Below, piece by piece: positions 15,583 to 16,792 of a stretch of DNA of 16,792 nucleotides. A program made the position numbers and the translations under genes. Origin of the DNA: Chloroflexota bacterium (GTDB lineage: Bacteria; Chloroflexota; Dehalococcoidia; UBA2979); the NCBI GenBank assembly GCA_027593235.1, contig JAQCIU010000051.1, positions 1-16,792 of the forward strand. The letters run 5' to 3'. Position 1 is the stretch's first letter. Every line of letters begins with the position of its first letter. The notes under the pieces were generated by a model. It searched no databases. It had not been told where the DNA came from and was given only the letters and a program-made list of their open reading frames with translations.

Positions 15583-16707
15583 CTACGGCAGGACGATCGG
15601 GACCACGACGCGCGGTGGCGGGAGCCCCTCGCCAGCCGACGCATCCACCTCGAAGACCTCGAGGCTGCCGACCTCCGCGGCGCCACTGTGGGTGTACGTC
15701 ACCGTGAACGCAAAGCGGTCCGCGTCATCCACGCCGCTGCCGGTCGTGAACCCCGAGGCCAACACCGCGCCGTTGCGCGCGAGCAGCCGCCAGTTGACCG
15801 TCGACTCGAACGTGCGCGAGCAGCCGGTCACCGCGAAGCCGCTGAAGAGCTGCGCGCCGGGAATCGGGGACGTGACGAACACGAACGATCCCAGCGCGTC
15901 CAGGTTGGACACCTCGCAGGCGCCGCTGCCGAGTTCGACGAGCGCCCCGCCTTCGAGCTTGAATCGGCGTGTCACCGGCACCGTCGGCGTCGCCGCGAAG
16001 GGCTGGCCCGGCGCACGATCGAGGTAGGTCACCGTGACGGCCCCATGCGCGGCCGCGAGACGCTCGACGATCACCCGATCGCCGAGAAACACCGTGGGCG
16101 CCGCACCACCCGCAGCCGTACCGACGACGCTGAGGTAGGAGAACGTGCCGGATCCCCCCGGTTGATACGTCAGGACAGTCGCCGCATCCGCGACTGTGTC
16201 GCCATCGAGGAACGCGTACGACTGTCGCGTCGTCACCTCGGTAAGGATCTGCGTCGCGGAACCCGGCGCCGCGGGAATGGCGGAGCCCCCATCCGTCAGC
16301 GCGACCGCGCCGCCATCGAGGCCGTACGTCGCGTTCCTCGGATCGACCAACGGAGTCACCTGCAGACAGCGGACCGCGAACGGCGTGTCCGCCGCCAGCA
16401 GCGCCGGGAACTCCTCGTTCACGAACGCAGGCGCCCCCGTGACGTAGGAGGACCAGGTGCCCGCACCCACGGAGGACACCGTCACCGTCGCACAGCCCGC
16501 GTCACGCAATGTGCTCGCCAGGCCCGCGGCGCTCGACGTCTCCGTCGTCACCAGCAGGCCGACCCCGCCCAGCCGCGGCGGAACGCCGCTGAAGCCCCCG
16601 CCGATCGGCGTCGCAATCAGGCTCGGCGTCTGTGCCGTCGCAACTCCAAGCCCCGGACCGATGCCCTCCACGACAGACATCGCGAGCAACAGCGCCAGGC
16701 CGATCAC
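15583..16707 (-). CDS. Secreted three-domain protein with C-terminal Gmad2-like immunoglobulin domain
   Basis: Hydrophobic leader, N-terminal Cys-paired domain (YVTGAPAFVN..F), middle domain GGSGTFSYL...LGDRV, and Gmad2-like VTSP.PG....F.VTG.SRTFESTVNWRL...G.V.ASGFTT. Start is uncertain. Confidence 0.85.
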   Translation of the reverse strand: MIGLALLLAMSVVEGIGPGLGVATAQTPSLIATPIGGGFSGVPPRLGGVGLLVTTETSSAAGLASTLRDAGCATVTVSSVGAGTWSSYVTGAPAFVNEEFPALLAADTPFAVRCLQVTPLVDPRNATYGLDGGAVALTDGGSAIPAAPGSATQILTEVTTRQSYAFLDGDTVADAATVLTYQPGGSGTFSYLSVVGTAAGGAAPTVFLGDRVIVERLAAAHGAVTVTYLDRAPGQPFAATPTVPVTRRFKLEGGALVELGSGACEVSNLDALGSFVFVTSPIPGAQLFSGFAVTGCSRTFESTVNWRLLARNGAVLASGFTTGSGVDDADRFAFTVTYTHSGAAEVGSLEVFEVDASAGEGLPPPRVVVPIVLP

Positions 16708-16792
16708 CGTGATTCCGCGTCGCTGGCTGCGTCAGGAATGAGGGTCCGGATCGCGGGGTAGGCTCCTCAGGCTGAGATGAGGAACCACCGTG

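Overview
High-GC bacterial chromosomal segment with no mobile element, RNA gene or CRISPR array that I can support. The style of the secreted proteins and frequent TAG stops suggest Chloroflexota/Dehalococcoidia (inference only). From left to right: (1) a redox locus, with a 7Fe ferredoxin (missed by the ORF track, running off the left edge through an Ala/Pro linker) and a PNPOx/split-barrel protein divergent from a P450-HAD phosphatase-P450 operon. The first P450 has a ~44-aa acidic F-G insertion and a palindromic operator over its -10. (2) A secreted PepSY gene interrupted by one in-frame TAG, divergent from an OmpR-family response regulator/histidine kinase pair across two opposed 11-bp-phased GTTCAG arrays. 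(3) A Pat-like acyl-CoA ligase/GNAT fusion with a degenerate GNAT, coupled to a probably leaderless surface-protein gene with a sortase-like tail. (4) A secreted two-repeat helical protein. (5) ppk1. (6) An EAL-HDOD c-di-GMP phosphodiesterase. (7) A three-domain secreted Gmad2-type protein. All calls come from motifs read by eye; no searches were run.
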